Of a DNA stretch of 64,000 bases, positions 51,392 to 60,288 are shown piece after piece (the first letter of the stretch is position 1; each line of letters opens with the position of its first letter). Source of the DNA: Spirochaetota bacterium. Its GTDB lineage: Bacteria; Spirochaetota; UBA4802; UBA5550. Both the position numbers and the translations under genes were made by a program. The notes under the pieces were generated by a model. That model ran no database searches and was not told where the DNA came from. It saw nothing but the letters and a program-made list of their open reading frames with translations. The DNA is taken from positions 102,979 through 166,978 of the forward strand of contig JBNKTL010000001.1 in assembly GCA_050298055.1 (NCBI GenBank), read 5' to 3'.

Positions 51392-52552
51392 CTATCCCTT
51401 TATCACAGCAAGAGGTGAAAGTTCAATCATAATATCTACAAGATCCGCCTGGTTTTTCATCACAACACCGATGTCCTTGTACGCGCCTGTTGCTTCATCC
51501 AGGTCTCTTACTCCTCTTAGGGAATGGAGTATCCCCATTTTGTCAAGCTTCTTCTTTTCCTGTTCAAGGTCAAGTCTTCTCATAGCTTCTTTTCTTCCCA
51601 TTTTCCTCCCCGCTCCATGGGAACATGACATGAAACTCTCCCTGTTGCCCTTTCCCCTCACAATATAACTCCGGCTTCCCTGTGAACCGGGTATAATTCC
51701 CGTCTGGTTAAGAAATGCCCGGGTGGCCCCCTTCCTGTGGACCACAACCTTTTCGGAATAGTGTTCTTCAATATCAGCATAGTTGTGGGCAATATTGATA
51801 ATGTCCCCGTATTTCACCGAACCGTTGGAAATATCACTCACGATCTCCTGTATGGTTTTCATCATTTCAAGCCTGTTGGCCAGGGCAAATTCTCTGCAAT
51901 AATTCATCTCTCGTGTGTAGAGTATTCCCTCGGGGGAATTAATATCCAGGAAGGAAAGCTGCCATTCACGGGGAACCCCCTTTCCCTGCCTGCTGTTCAG
52001 GTCTGCCGCAAGCCTGTTGTAATGATCAGCCACCTTCTTCCCGATATTTCTGCTCCCCGAATGTATCATAATCCATATGAACCCGTCGGAACCCTTCTGG
52101 ATCTCCATGAAGTGGTTTCCCCCGCCCAGGGTCCCGAGCTGGTGCAGGGCGCTTCTATATTCACAACCGGCCACAGGTATCTCACCCTCTGCTTCGGGCA
52201 TGAGGGAACTGTCCCGGGGGGTTGTATGATGTTTGAAGCCCACGGGAACTGCCCTGCGGATGGTGCCGGCAATGGTTTTGAGTCTCTCAGTATCAAGAGA
52301 CTCAAGGTCTGTTCTCACTGCGCACATTCCGCAGCCGATGTCCACACCCACGGCATTGGGTATGATAACATTCCGCGTTGCAAGGACACCGCCGATAGGC
52401 ATCCCGTATCCCTGGTGCGCATCGGGCATGAGAGCAATGTGCTTAAAGGCAAAGGGGAAGTTCGCCAGGTTCCTGGCCTGTCTCAGGGCCCCTTCCTCTA
52501 TGTCATCAAGCCACATCTTGATGGGGATCTTTTCATCATTAATGATTTTCAT
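51392..52552 (-). CDS. rtcB: RtcB family RNA ligase
   Basis: MPDAH, GVDIGCG, GTLGGGNHF, HSGSR, HNY, HRKGAT, SCSHGAGR, AYKDI; start set at ATG 52552. Confidence 0.95.
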   Translation of the reverse strand: MKIINDEKIPIKMWLDDIEEGALRQARNLANFPFAFKHIALMPDAHQGYGMPIGGVLATRNVIIPNAVGVDIGCGMCAVRTDLESLDTERLKTIAGTIRRAVPVGFKHHTTPRDSSLMPEAEGEIPVAGCEYRSALHQLGTLGGGNHFMEIQKGSDGFIWIMIHSGSRNIGKKVADHYNRLAADLNSRQGKGVPREWQLSFLDINSPEGILYTREMNYCREFALANRLEMMKTIQEIVSDISNGSVKYGDIINIAHNYADIEEHYSEKVVVHRKGATRAFLNQTGIIPGSQGSRSYIVRGKGNRESFMSCSHGAGRKMGRKEAMRRLDLEQEKKKLDKMGILHSLRGVRDLDEATGAYKDIGVVMKNQADLVDIMIELSPLAVIKG

Positions 52553-52574
52553 TGTAAATATTTTATTACGGCTT

Positions 52575-52868
52575 CTATAAAAGTGATCCCTGGAGGTCAT
52601 CATCCTCAACTTCGCCGGTTTCCGGGTCAAACCTGACCTCTTTCTTCTTTACCTCTCCGTTTCTGCTCTTCTGCAGAATGCTGATCTTCTTCTCAGCCTC
52701 TTCAAGCCTGTCGTGGCAGAATTTCGCATACCTGATACCCTTCTCAAACTCGGCAATTGAATCTTCGAGACCCAGTTCACCGCTTTCAAGTTTCTCGGCT
52801 ATCTTTTCAAGTTCCCCCAGGGAGCTTTCAAAATCCTGTTTCTTTTTCACTGTTTTTTTCTTTTCCAA
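52575..52868 (-). CDS. xseB: Exodeoxyribonuclease VII small subunit
   Basis: FESSLGELEKI..KLESGEL.LEDSI..FEKG...C...LEEAE.KI. Confidence 0.93.
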   Translation of the reverse strand: MEKKKTVKKKQDFESSLGELEKIAEKLESGELGLEDSIAEFEKGIRYAKFCHDRLEEAEKKISILQKSRNGEVKKKEVRFDPETGEVEDDDLQGSLL

Positions 52869-54159
52869 TTATTTCTCCTTCCTCCTTTGAATGAACCGTA
52901 CAGTTGAGGGAGCCTCTGTAGAGCTGAAGAATGAGTTCCTCTCCTGTTTCAATATCATCTATACTCTTAATTAACTTCATTTTCCTGTCCCGGGCAACTG
53001 AATATCCCCTTTTCATGATATTGAGGGGAGAGAGTTTATCCAGGAGTTTCAGTATCCCGGAATACTCGTTCCTCTTCCGGGAGAGAAGATTACTCATCAT
53101 TCTCCCCAGATGCGGAACTTCCATAAGATCCCTTCTTTTATCGGAGATGATCTCCTTCAACCGCGAAACCATTCTGTTCTCAAAATCAGTAAGAAGCATT
53201 TCACTGTTTCGGAGTAGCTCAAAGGGATCTCTCATTATTCTCTTTTCCGTTACGTTCCCCAGCCGCTGTTTCAGGGAGCTCAGGGTCCACTGAAGCCTGT
53301 TGTTTATCCTGATAATGAGATAATCCAGTTCATCCAGGAGTTCTTTTTTTTCGGGAATAACGAGTTCAGCTGCCGCTGAGGGTGTGGGCGCCGCGGCATC
53401 TGCCGCATCATCAGAGAGGGGGTGGTCGATCTGGTGGCCCACTGCGGAGACAATGGGAACAGCCGACCGGGAAAATGCCCTTACAACTGCCTCCTCGCTG
53501 AAGGGAAGCAGGTCTTCAAAGGACCCTCCGCCCCTTCCTGCGATAATCACATCTATGCCGTATTCCGGCCTGTTGAGTTCCTCTATTCCCCGGGCTATTG
53601 TATCAGACGCGTCATCACCCTGGACCTTCGCAGGAGCAAGAACAATCTCCATATGGGGATATCTCCTCATGGCAACTTTTACGATGTCCCTGAATGCCGC
53701 ACCGGTAGGAGAGGTGACAACCCCGATCCTCCCGGGAAGAAAAGGGAGCGGCTTTTTCCGGGACGGATCAAATACCCCTTCTTTATGGAGATTTGCCTTT
53801 AATTGTTCTATCCTTTTCTGAAGCTCGCCAATTCCCTCAAGCTTCACCTGCAGAACATTAACCTGGTAGCTTCCCCTCTTCTCAAAAAGGGTGATGTTCC
53901 CGAACACAAAGACACTCATTCCGGCCTCGAGCCTGAACTTCAGCTTACTTGCCGCATAGCGGAAAAAAACAGCGGAAATAAGCGCTTTATCATCCTTCAA
54001 GGAGAAGTAGACATGGCCTGAGGAGTGGTAGGTCAGGTTATAGATCTCCCCCTTTATCCAGATATTGTTAAGGGCTGGGTTGGATTCAAGGATCTCTTTG
54101 ATCCTGCCTGTTATCTCAGATACGGTGAATATCCTGCTTTCAATGGGGTCATTATTCAT
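52828..54159 (-). CDS. xseA: Exodeoxyribonuclease VII large subunit
   Basis: SSGHVYFSLKD, VVTSPTGAAFRD, RGGGSFEDL, SAVGH, APTPSAAAE, RGYS; start set at ATG 54159. Confidence 0.96.
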   Translation of the reverse strand: MNNDPIESRIFTVSEITGRIKEILESNPALNNIWIKGEIYNLTYHSSGHVYFSLKDDKALISAVFFRYAASKLKFRLEAGMSVFVFGNITLFEKRGSYQVNVLQVKLEGIGELQKRIEQLKANLHKEGVFDPSRKKPLPFLPGRIGVVTSPTGAAFRDIVKVAMRRYPHMEIVLAPAKVQGDDASDTIARGIEELNRPEYGIDVIIAGRGGGSFEDLLPFSEEAVVRAFSRSAVPIVSAVGHQIDHPLSDDAADAAAPTPSAAAELVIPEKKELLDELDYLIIRINNRLQWTLSSLKQRLGNVTEKRIMRDPFELLRNSEMLLTDFENRMVSRLKEIISDKRRDLMEVPHLGRMMSNLLSRKRNEYSGILKLLDKLSPLNIMKRGYSVARDRKMKLIKSIDDIETGEELILQLYRGSLNCTVHSKEEGEIIGKEKNSEKETGF

Positions 54160-54305
54160 TCCGGTTGTTCTTTCCTGATATTTTTTGCAGATTTCCCGTT
54201 TTATTGCTGGCGGAGCAGCGGTCCTCTTCCGGCCGAAAACCATGGGGGTGGCCGGCTTATAAAAATTGTTCAGTTTCCCGAATAATTAGCATAACACATG
54301 TTATA

Positions 54306-54914
54306 CTAATTATTTTCTTCAAGCAGGTAGACCCAGCTTTTTACTGCTGCGGCTTCAACGATTTCCAGCCCCGTGGTGGTGAGGCTGATACTTTCAACTG
54401 AGATCTTTTCGCCCCTCTCCAGGCCGGCCATCCACTTCTTCAGGGAGATTTTCCTGTTCACCTTCAGTTCCTTTGCGGTGAGAATCCTCACTGCTCCCGG
54501 ATAGTTCATGAGGGTGAACTCGAATTCCTTTATCCTTACTTTAGCGCCCGGCTCAAGGTAGATCCCTGTAAATCCCTTTCCTTCTTGATCACTTACTGTA
54601 ACTGACCTGTAAAGAGACCCATTTGCAGTGAAACTGAACCTCACAGGCCCGTCTCCTCTGTGAAGAAGCTTCCCCTTCTTCATCATGTCTGCGGGACTGA
54701 CGAATATTATCCAGATCCCGAAGCTGTTCTCATTCCTGAAGTCCGCATCTATGAGACATTTTCTGTAAGGGCCCGGACCTTCCGCTATTCCGGAACTGTG
54801 AATTAATACCGGTGCATACGACCTGACGCTGATCCGTTTTTTCGAAAAGACTTCCGACGGAACGGAAAGCATCAGTACCAGTAGAAGTGTTGTTTTAACG
54901 GAAGGCTTTATCAT
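54306..54914 (-). CDS. Hypothetical exported protein
   Basis: Signal peptide from ATG 54914, with TAATG overlap with the upstream stop. Confidence 0.55.
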   Translation of the reverse strand: MIKPSVKTTLLLVLMLSVPSEVFSKKRISVRSYAPVLIHSSGIAEGPGPYRKCLIDADFRNENSFGIWIIFVSPADMMKKGKLLHRGDGPVRFSFTANGSLYRSVTVSDQEGKGFTGIYLEPGAKVRIKEFEFTLMNYPGAVRILTAKELKVNRKISLKKWMAGLERGEKISVESISLTTTGLEIVEAAAVKSWVYLLEENN

Positions 54915-55804
54915 TAAAATGCCTCCAGCATCTCCTCTATGCGGATGTCTTTGGCTGCCCACAGGTTGTTAAGCCAGTTTTGAAATAACGCTTTGAAGTT
55001 TTCATCATCGATGTAATCTCCTTTCAGAGAACCGGTAAGAGGAATAAGATCCACATTAACCCTTATCTCCTTTACCCTGTTGCACATGAAATCCCAGATC
55101 CCAAACCTGTCCGGATAAACAATGGTAACATCGAGAATATTCTGTATGAGTTCTCCCATTGAGCTGATGACAAAACCTATCCCCCCTGCACGGGGCTTGA
55201 GCAGGTTATTATAGGGGGAATCCTGTTTCGTATGCTTTTCCTTTTTAAAGCGTGTTCCTTCTACATAGTTGACGATGGATATGGGGCTTTTCCTGAACTT
55301 CTCACAGGCTTTTCGTGTAGCTTCAATATCTTTCCCCTTCATGTGCGGATTTTTTTTCAGGTATTCACGGGAGAACCTTTTCATAAAGGGAAAGTCAAGG
55401 GCCCACCAGGCCAGGCCGAAGAAGGGGGCCCAGATCAGTTCTTTTTTCAAAAAAAACTTGAGAAAAGGTATCTTACCATTGAAGATTTTCTGAAGCACCA
55501 GTATATCGAGATTTGATCGGTGATTTGATATAACCATATACCAGTTTTTCCGCTTCAGGTTTTCTGTCCCTTTGACCTTCCACTCTGTTTTTGTTGTAAC
55601 ACGCATGATCATGTTGTTCATGAAGACCCAGGTATCCGCGATTTTTTCCAGGAACCTGCTAATGATCTCTTTTATCCCGGATAAGAAAGAAAAGAGTTTG
55701 ATAACGGCAAAACCGTATATCAGGACAACGGCAACAAGGGTGTTCACGGTTACAAGGATAGTTGTTATAATTCCGAGCAGAGTGCCCGGGAGAAATGTCA
55801 GCAT
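54914..55804 (-). CDS. YihG-like lysophospholipid acyltransferase
   Basis: NHRSNLDI (HX4D), KFFLKKELIW.P..G.AWWALDFPFMKR, EGTRF, LLKPRAGG. Confidence 0.9.
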   Translation of the reverse strand: MLTFLPGTLLGIITTILVTVNTLVAVVLIYGFAVIKLFSFLSGIKEIISRFLEKIADTWVFMNNMIMRVTTKTEWKVKGTENLKRKNWYMVISNHRSNLDILVLQKIFNGKIPFLKFFLKKELIWAPFFGLAWWALDFPFMKRFSREYLKKNPHMKGKDIEATRKACEKFRKSPISIVNYVEGTRFKKEKHTKQDSPYNNLLKPRAGGIGFVISSMGELIQNILDVTIVYPDRFGIWDFMCNRVKEIRVNVDLIPLTGSLKGDYIDDENFKALFQNWLNNLWAAKDIRIEEMLEAF

Positions 55805-55905
55805 ACTGCCTCCAGTTTTTTTATTTGAGTAACAAGTAAAATGAGAAATATATTATGCATGGATATTTTTCAATAAAATAATTTATTACTTTCCGCTTTC
55901 TTTGG

Positions 55906-56150
55906 AAATCCCCCCGCTTTGCGCGCTCAGTCGAGCGCTTTTTCGGCCTCCTGCCTGCGCTCGACACTATGACATCCTGTCAGGAGCCTTTAACAAAGGG
56001 GTCTCAGTATTATGATAAGATCATCTTTAGTAATGAGTGTTCTTCTTACAAGCTCCCCTTTACCAAGGTAGGCTTTTTTGCGTCTTCCTGACGCTGTACC
56101 GACAGGATAGCTTCCTATAACCTCGGGAGCTCCCGGAGGCAGAGGGGATT
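55906..56150. repeat. REP/REPIN-like element B copy 3, with two GGA cassettes
   Basis: AAATCCCCCCG...CCTTTAACAAAGGGG...GCTCCCCTTTACCAAG[cassette]GGGAGCTCCCGGAGGCAGAGGGGATT. Confidence 0.85.
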
Positions 56151-56225
56151 AAAAATCCAACCTAATTATCAATTAATACCTTGAATAAATTCGTAACTTT
56201 TAGAGATTATCAATTATTAATAGTT

Positions 56226-56358
56226 GTAACCATTCAGCTCTATGGCTAATATAGATATTTACGAAAATAACAACATTATGTCCCACACCGCTGAAGAAGG
56301 AGGGGACATAATAATTTTTTTAATGAATATGATCATTATAACAGAGTTGAATGATAAA
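56226..56358. mobile_element. MITE-like family A copy 6 (complete, degenerate hairpin)
   Basis: GTAACCATTCAGCTCT ... ATTATGTCCC...GGGACATAAT (56275-56312) ... AGAGTTGAATGATAA. Confidence 0.65.
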
Positions 56359-56387
56359 TAAGAATTAAAGATTGGGTATCTATTGAT

Positions 56388-58274
56388 ATGGCTGAGAAAT
56401 ATGACATAATAGTGGTCGGAGGAGGGCATGCCGGTGTTGAAGCTTCTCTTGCATCTGCACGGATGGGGTTTCAGACACTCATGGTAACGGGCAACATCGA
56501 CACCATAGCCCAGATGAGCTGTAATCCTGCCATCGGCGGACTGGCAAAAGGACATCTTGTCCGGGAGATCGATGCTCTTGGGGGTGAGATGGCAAAAGCC
56601 ATAGATGAGACAGGGATCCACTTTAAGATGCTTAACAGAAGCAACGGTCCGGCGGTCTGGTCACCACGGGCTCAGGCGGACAAAAAGAAGTACCAGCTCA
56701 GGATGAAACATGCGGTTGAGAAGGAGAAAAACCTGAGTTGTGTCCAGGATATTGCCCGGGATATCATTATTGAGGAGAAACAGGTTAGGGGGATAATAAG
56801 TATAAGGGGCCAGGAATTTCATTCCCGGGCGGTGATTCTCTGTACGGGGACCTTTCTGAAAGGACTGATCCATATAGGGGACTACCAGGAAAAGTGCGGC
56901 AGGCTTGGGGATTTTACTTCGGAACACCTCTCCGATTCCCTGAGAAAAGCAGGATTCCCGGTCCTGAGACTGAAAACCGGGACACCGCAGAGAATCAATG
57001 GCAGTACCATTAACTTTAAAAGGTGTACAATTCAGCACCCCGACGAAGTCCCCACTCCTTTCTCTTTCTTTACGAATAGGATCGAACTGACCCAGGTACC
57101 CTGCTGGATTACCTATACAACAGACGAGACACACGGGATCATTCGGTCTAATCTCCACAGATCCCCTCTTTATGGGGGCACAATAAAGGGTGTGGGTGCC
57201 CGATACTGCCCGTCAATTGAAGACAAGGTAGTTCGGTTTGCCGATAAATTGAGGCACCAGCTCTTCCTCGAGCCGGAGGGCCTTGACACCGAAGAATATT
57301 ATATCAACGGTTTCTCAAGCTCACTTCCCGAGGATGTGCAGCACGCTATGATTAAAACAGTCCCCGGTCTGGAGGAAGCGAAGATCATGAGGCCCGCGTA
57401 TGCCGTAGAGTATGATTTTGTACCTCCTACGGAACTTCTTCCCACGCTGGAAACCAGAAGGATTGCAGGCCTTTACCATGCGGGGCAGATAAACGGTACT
57501 TCAGGATACGAGGAGGCCGCGTGCCAGGGCCTTATTGCAGCAATAAATGCCGCACGGAAGATAAAGGGAGAAGAGCCCCTTATCCTGAAGAGGTCCGAGG
57601 CGTATACAGGTGTCCTCATCGATGACCTTGTAACCAAGGGAACAAATGAACCGTACCGGATGTTCACTTCCCGGGCGGAACACCGGCTTGTTCTTCGACA
57701 GGACAACGCTGACAGGAGGGTCATGGAGTACGGAAAAGAATCGGGCCTCGTGCGCAGTGAGCAGTATGACGAAATGATTGAGAAATACAGGAAGATAGAT
57801 GAATATATTGCCGGCTTCAGGAAAAGAACAGTATCGGTTGATGAAAAAACTGCCGCGATACTTGCCGGGCAGGGAAAAGAACTCAGCATCAGGGGAAAGA
57901 TCAAACTGGAGAAGCTCCTCAGGAGACCGGAAATCAAACTCAAAGACCTTCTTGGGGTTATGAACGAGGAGATAAGTGATGAAATTGCCGCCGCAGTGGA
58001 GATGGAGATCAAGTACGAAGGCTATATTAAAAGGGACAGAGAACGGATAAAGAAGATGGAAGGCATGGAAGAACGCCAAATCCCCGATGACATAGACTAT
58101 TCCATAATCCAGGGACTCAGGAACGAAGCACGACAGAAGCTTGTTAATATTAGACCCCGGACTATCGGCCAGGCCATGAGGATATCCGGGGTGGACCCGT
58201 CAACCATCTCTATCCTGATCATTCACCTCGAGGCGCTGAGCCGCAAAAAAGGGAGTGTTCCACGTGGAACATGA
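56388..58274 (+). CDS. mnmG: tRNA uridine-34 modification enzyme MnmG (GidA)
   Basis: [59 protein letters not shown]. Confidence 0.99.
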   Translation: MAEKYDIIVVGGGHAGVEASLASARMGFQTLMVTGNIDTIAQMSCNPAIGGLAKGHLVREIDALGGEMAKAIDETGIHFKMLNRSNGPAVWSPRAQADKKKYQLRMKHAVEKEKNLSCVQDIARDIIIEEKQVRGIISIRGQEFHSRAVILCTGTFLKGLIHIGDYQEKCGRLGDFTSEHLSDSLRKAGFPVLRLKTGTPQRINGSTINFKRCTIQHPDEVPTPFSFFTNRIELTQVPCWITYTTDETHGIIRSNLHRSPLYGGTIKGVGARYCPSIEDKVVRFADKLRHQLFLEPEGLDTEEYYINGFSSSLPEDVQHAMIKTVPGLEEAKIMRPAYAVEYDFVPPTELLPTLETRRIAGLYHAGQINGTSGYEEAACQGLIAAINAARKIKGEEPLILKRSEAYTGVLIDDLVTKGTNEPYRMFTSRAEHRLVLRQDNADRRVMEYGKESGLVRSEQYDEMIEKYRKIDEYIAGFRKRTVSVDEKTAAILAGQGKELSIRGKIKLEKLLRRPEIKLKDLLGVMNEEISDEIAAAVEMEIKYEGYIKRDRERIKKMEGMEERQIPDDIDYSIIQGLRNEARQKLVNIRPRTIGQAMRISGVDPSTISILIIHLEALSRKKGSVPRGT

Positions 58275-58977
58275 TTCGGTAAATAAAATTCTCAATGAAA
58301 TCCTGCCGGGAATTGATCAGCAACGCGCAGAGCTCCTGGCTGAATACGTCCGGCTTGTCAGGAGGGGAAACAGCAGGTTTAACCTCACGGGATTTAAAAC
58401 AGCTGAGGAGATTGCAGAAAATCTTGTGGCAGGGAGTATAAAACCGCTGATGGGGTCCGGTGTTCCACGTGGAACATTCGCAGACATCGGGACCGGGGCC
58501 GGAACCCCCGGAATCCCGGTCGCAATTTTCTTTCCCGAACTCAGGGGGACCCTTGTGGACTCCAACACAAAAAAGATCCGGTTTATAAACGATGTTATTC
58601 AAAGGCTGAATCTTCATTCCGTGAAAGCGGTCAGCACGCGTCTTGAGACAGCAGGAAGGGAGACTCTTGAAAGGGAGAAGTACGACCTGGTCCTCTCCCG
58701 GGCCCTCGGGAATCTCCCCATCGTTGCGGAACTGGGATCTCCTTTCCTCAAAGAGGATGGGCTGCTCTATATCTATTCGGGGAGGAGCACGGAAGATTTA
58801 AGCCGGGATGTCATTGATCTCTGCCACAGGCTCTCTCTTGAACCGGTTGATAATAAAAAACTCGGGACCGGTTCCGGGATTATCTTCCGAAAGACAGGGA
58901 AACTCCATGAAAAATATCCGAGGAAATACCCTGTGATCAGCAGGGAGGCATCACAAATCTCTGAGTTCAGGCTATGA
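58255..58977 (+). CDS. rsmG: 16S rRNA m7G527 methyltransferase RsmG (GidB)
   Basis: [31 protein letters not shown]; follows mnmG. Confidence 0.93.
   Translation: MFHVEHDSVNKILNEILPGIDQQRAELLAEYVRLVRRGNSRFNLTGFKTAEEIAENLVAGSIKPLMGSGVPRGTFADIGTGAGTPGIPVAIFFPELRGTLVDSNTKKIRFINDVIQRLNLHSVKAVSTRLETAGRETLEREKYDLVLSRALGNLPIVAELGSPFLKEDGLLYIYSGRSTEDLSRDVIDLCHRLSLEPVDNKKLGTGSGIIFRKTGKLHEKYPRKYPVISREASQISEFRL
58256..58271. other. parS centromere-like site
   Basis: Perfect 16-bp palindrome TGTTCCACGTGGAACA. Confidence 0.9.
58461..58476. other. parS centromere-like site
   Basis: Second identical TGTTCCACGTGGAACA inside rsmG. Confidence 0.9.
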
Positions 58978-59546
58978 CATATTCAGGAAAAATACTGTTC
59001 TCTCTCCTTGCCGCTTTAATGGTTTTTCGGGTTGTTTCTCCGGCAGAAACAGGGAAGGACAACTTTGAAAGCCTGGTGCGGACTGACAGATCGCTTGTGG
59101 TCCCGGGAAAAGGCGGGGAGGGAGTACTTCTCGGAGAAGAGTTTGCCGCCGCAGCAGGAAGGCTTTCCGGGAACACCTTTGCGGTTTCCCGTTTCAGGAA
59201 TGATCTTGAGCTCTACCGCGACGTACTGAAAGTCAACTCACCCCACAGAATACTTTTTGACCGGATCATATACTTTCCCGGCCGTGAAACAGTGCTTCTT
59301 TCGTTCCGGGGCCGTGTGAGCTCAATTATCGGACTGAGCAGCCGCAGGATAACATCCGATTCAATTAACCTGGAAAAAGGGCTTGAATATATTCTGTTCA
59401 GTTATGGAAACGAACACCTTGTTTCTTTAAAAAATAAAAACGGAGCAATCTATATCTATCTCGATAACGGCATAGCTTTTGTTGACGATAACTCCGACAA
59501 CAGCCTTGACATGTATATTCTGTTTAAGACAGGACGGGATAAATAG
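58974..59546 (+). CDS. Hypothetical exported protein
   Basis: Signal peptide; ATGA overlap with the rsmG stop. Confidence 0.6.
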   Translation: MTYSGKILFSLLAALMVFRVVSPAETGKDNFESLVRTDRSLVVPGKGGEGVLLGEEFAAAAGRLSGNTFAVSRFRNDLELYRDVLKVNSPHRILFDRIIYFPGRETVLLSFRGRVSSIIGLSSRRITSDSINLEKGLEYILFSYGNEHLVSLKNKNGAIYIYLDNGIAFVDDNSDNSLDMYILFKTGRDK

Positions 59547-59635
59547 CATAACAGGTGTTAGCAATAAAAAACTGCTGTACAGGGGAAGCCGTCTGATAAT
59601 ATTTTGTTTTAAAGAATAACGTGAACAGGTTTTGA

Positions 59636-60286
59636 ATGGTCAGAAAAATAAAAAAAAGAATCAAAAAGATACTCATTTTTATACTCTTCGCGCTGGCAGC
59701 CGCCTCATATGCAATCAATGCATATATGACAGCAAGTGTAAAAAAACATCTCTACAACGATATTTCATCCCTTCCCTATAACAGGACAGGGATCGTTCTC
59801 GGCACCAGCAAGTACAGGAGGGGGGGCGACCTCAACCCCTATTACAGCTACAGGATTGAAGCGGCGGCAAAACTCTACAGGGCGGGAAAGATCAGTTTCA
59901 TTCTGGCAAGCGGAGACAATATGAGCAGGTTCTACAATGAGCCAAAACAGATGAGACAGGACCTGGTAAACCGGGGGATCCCCAAAAATATCATATACCT
60001 GGACTATGCGGGTTTCAGGACCCTGGATTCTGTGGTGAGGTCCCACAGGATCTTCAACCAGTCATCAATAACCATCATTTCACAGAAATTCCATAACCAG
60101 AGGGCCGTTTTTATTGCAAGGCACTTCGGGATCAATGCGGTCGGGTTCAATGCGGACGATATTACAGACTCATCAGGCTTAAAAACCAGGTTCAGGGAGT
60201 TTTTTGCCAAAGTAAAAGCGGCAATAGATCTCTACATTACAGGGGAAAAACCGAAATACCTTGGAGATAAAATCGATATTAAATAG
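59636..60286 (+). CDS. sanA: SanA/YdcF (DUF218) family protein
   Basis: LGTSKY, ASGDN, YNEP..M, LDYAGFRTLDSV.R, SQKFHNQRA, RE.FA.VKA. Confidence 0.88.
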   Translation: MVRKIKKRIKKILIFILFALAAASYAINAYMTASVKKHLYNDISSLPYNRTGIVLGTSKYRRGGDLNPYYSYRIEAAAKLYRAGKISFILASGDNMSRFYNEPKQMRQDLVNRGIPKNIIYLDYAGFRTLDSVVRSHRIFNQSSITIISQKFHNQRAVFIARHFGINAVGFNADDITDSSGLKTRFREFFAKVKAAIDLYITGEKPKYLGDKIDIK

Positions 60287-60288
60287 CC

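Noticed and set aside
51737..52636. 299-aa ORF; likewise 23415-24233, 32090-32884 and 44696-45367
   Set aside because: Antisense to rtcB, MoxR, mnmE and the coiled-coil gene respectively; no recognisable motifs.
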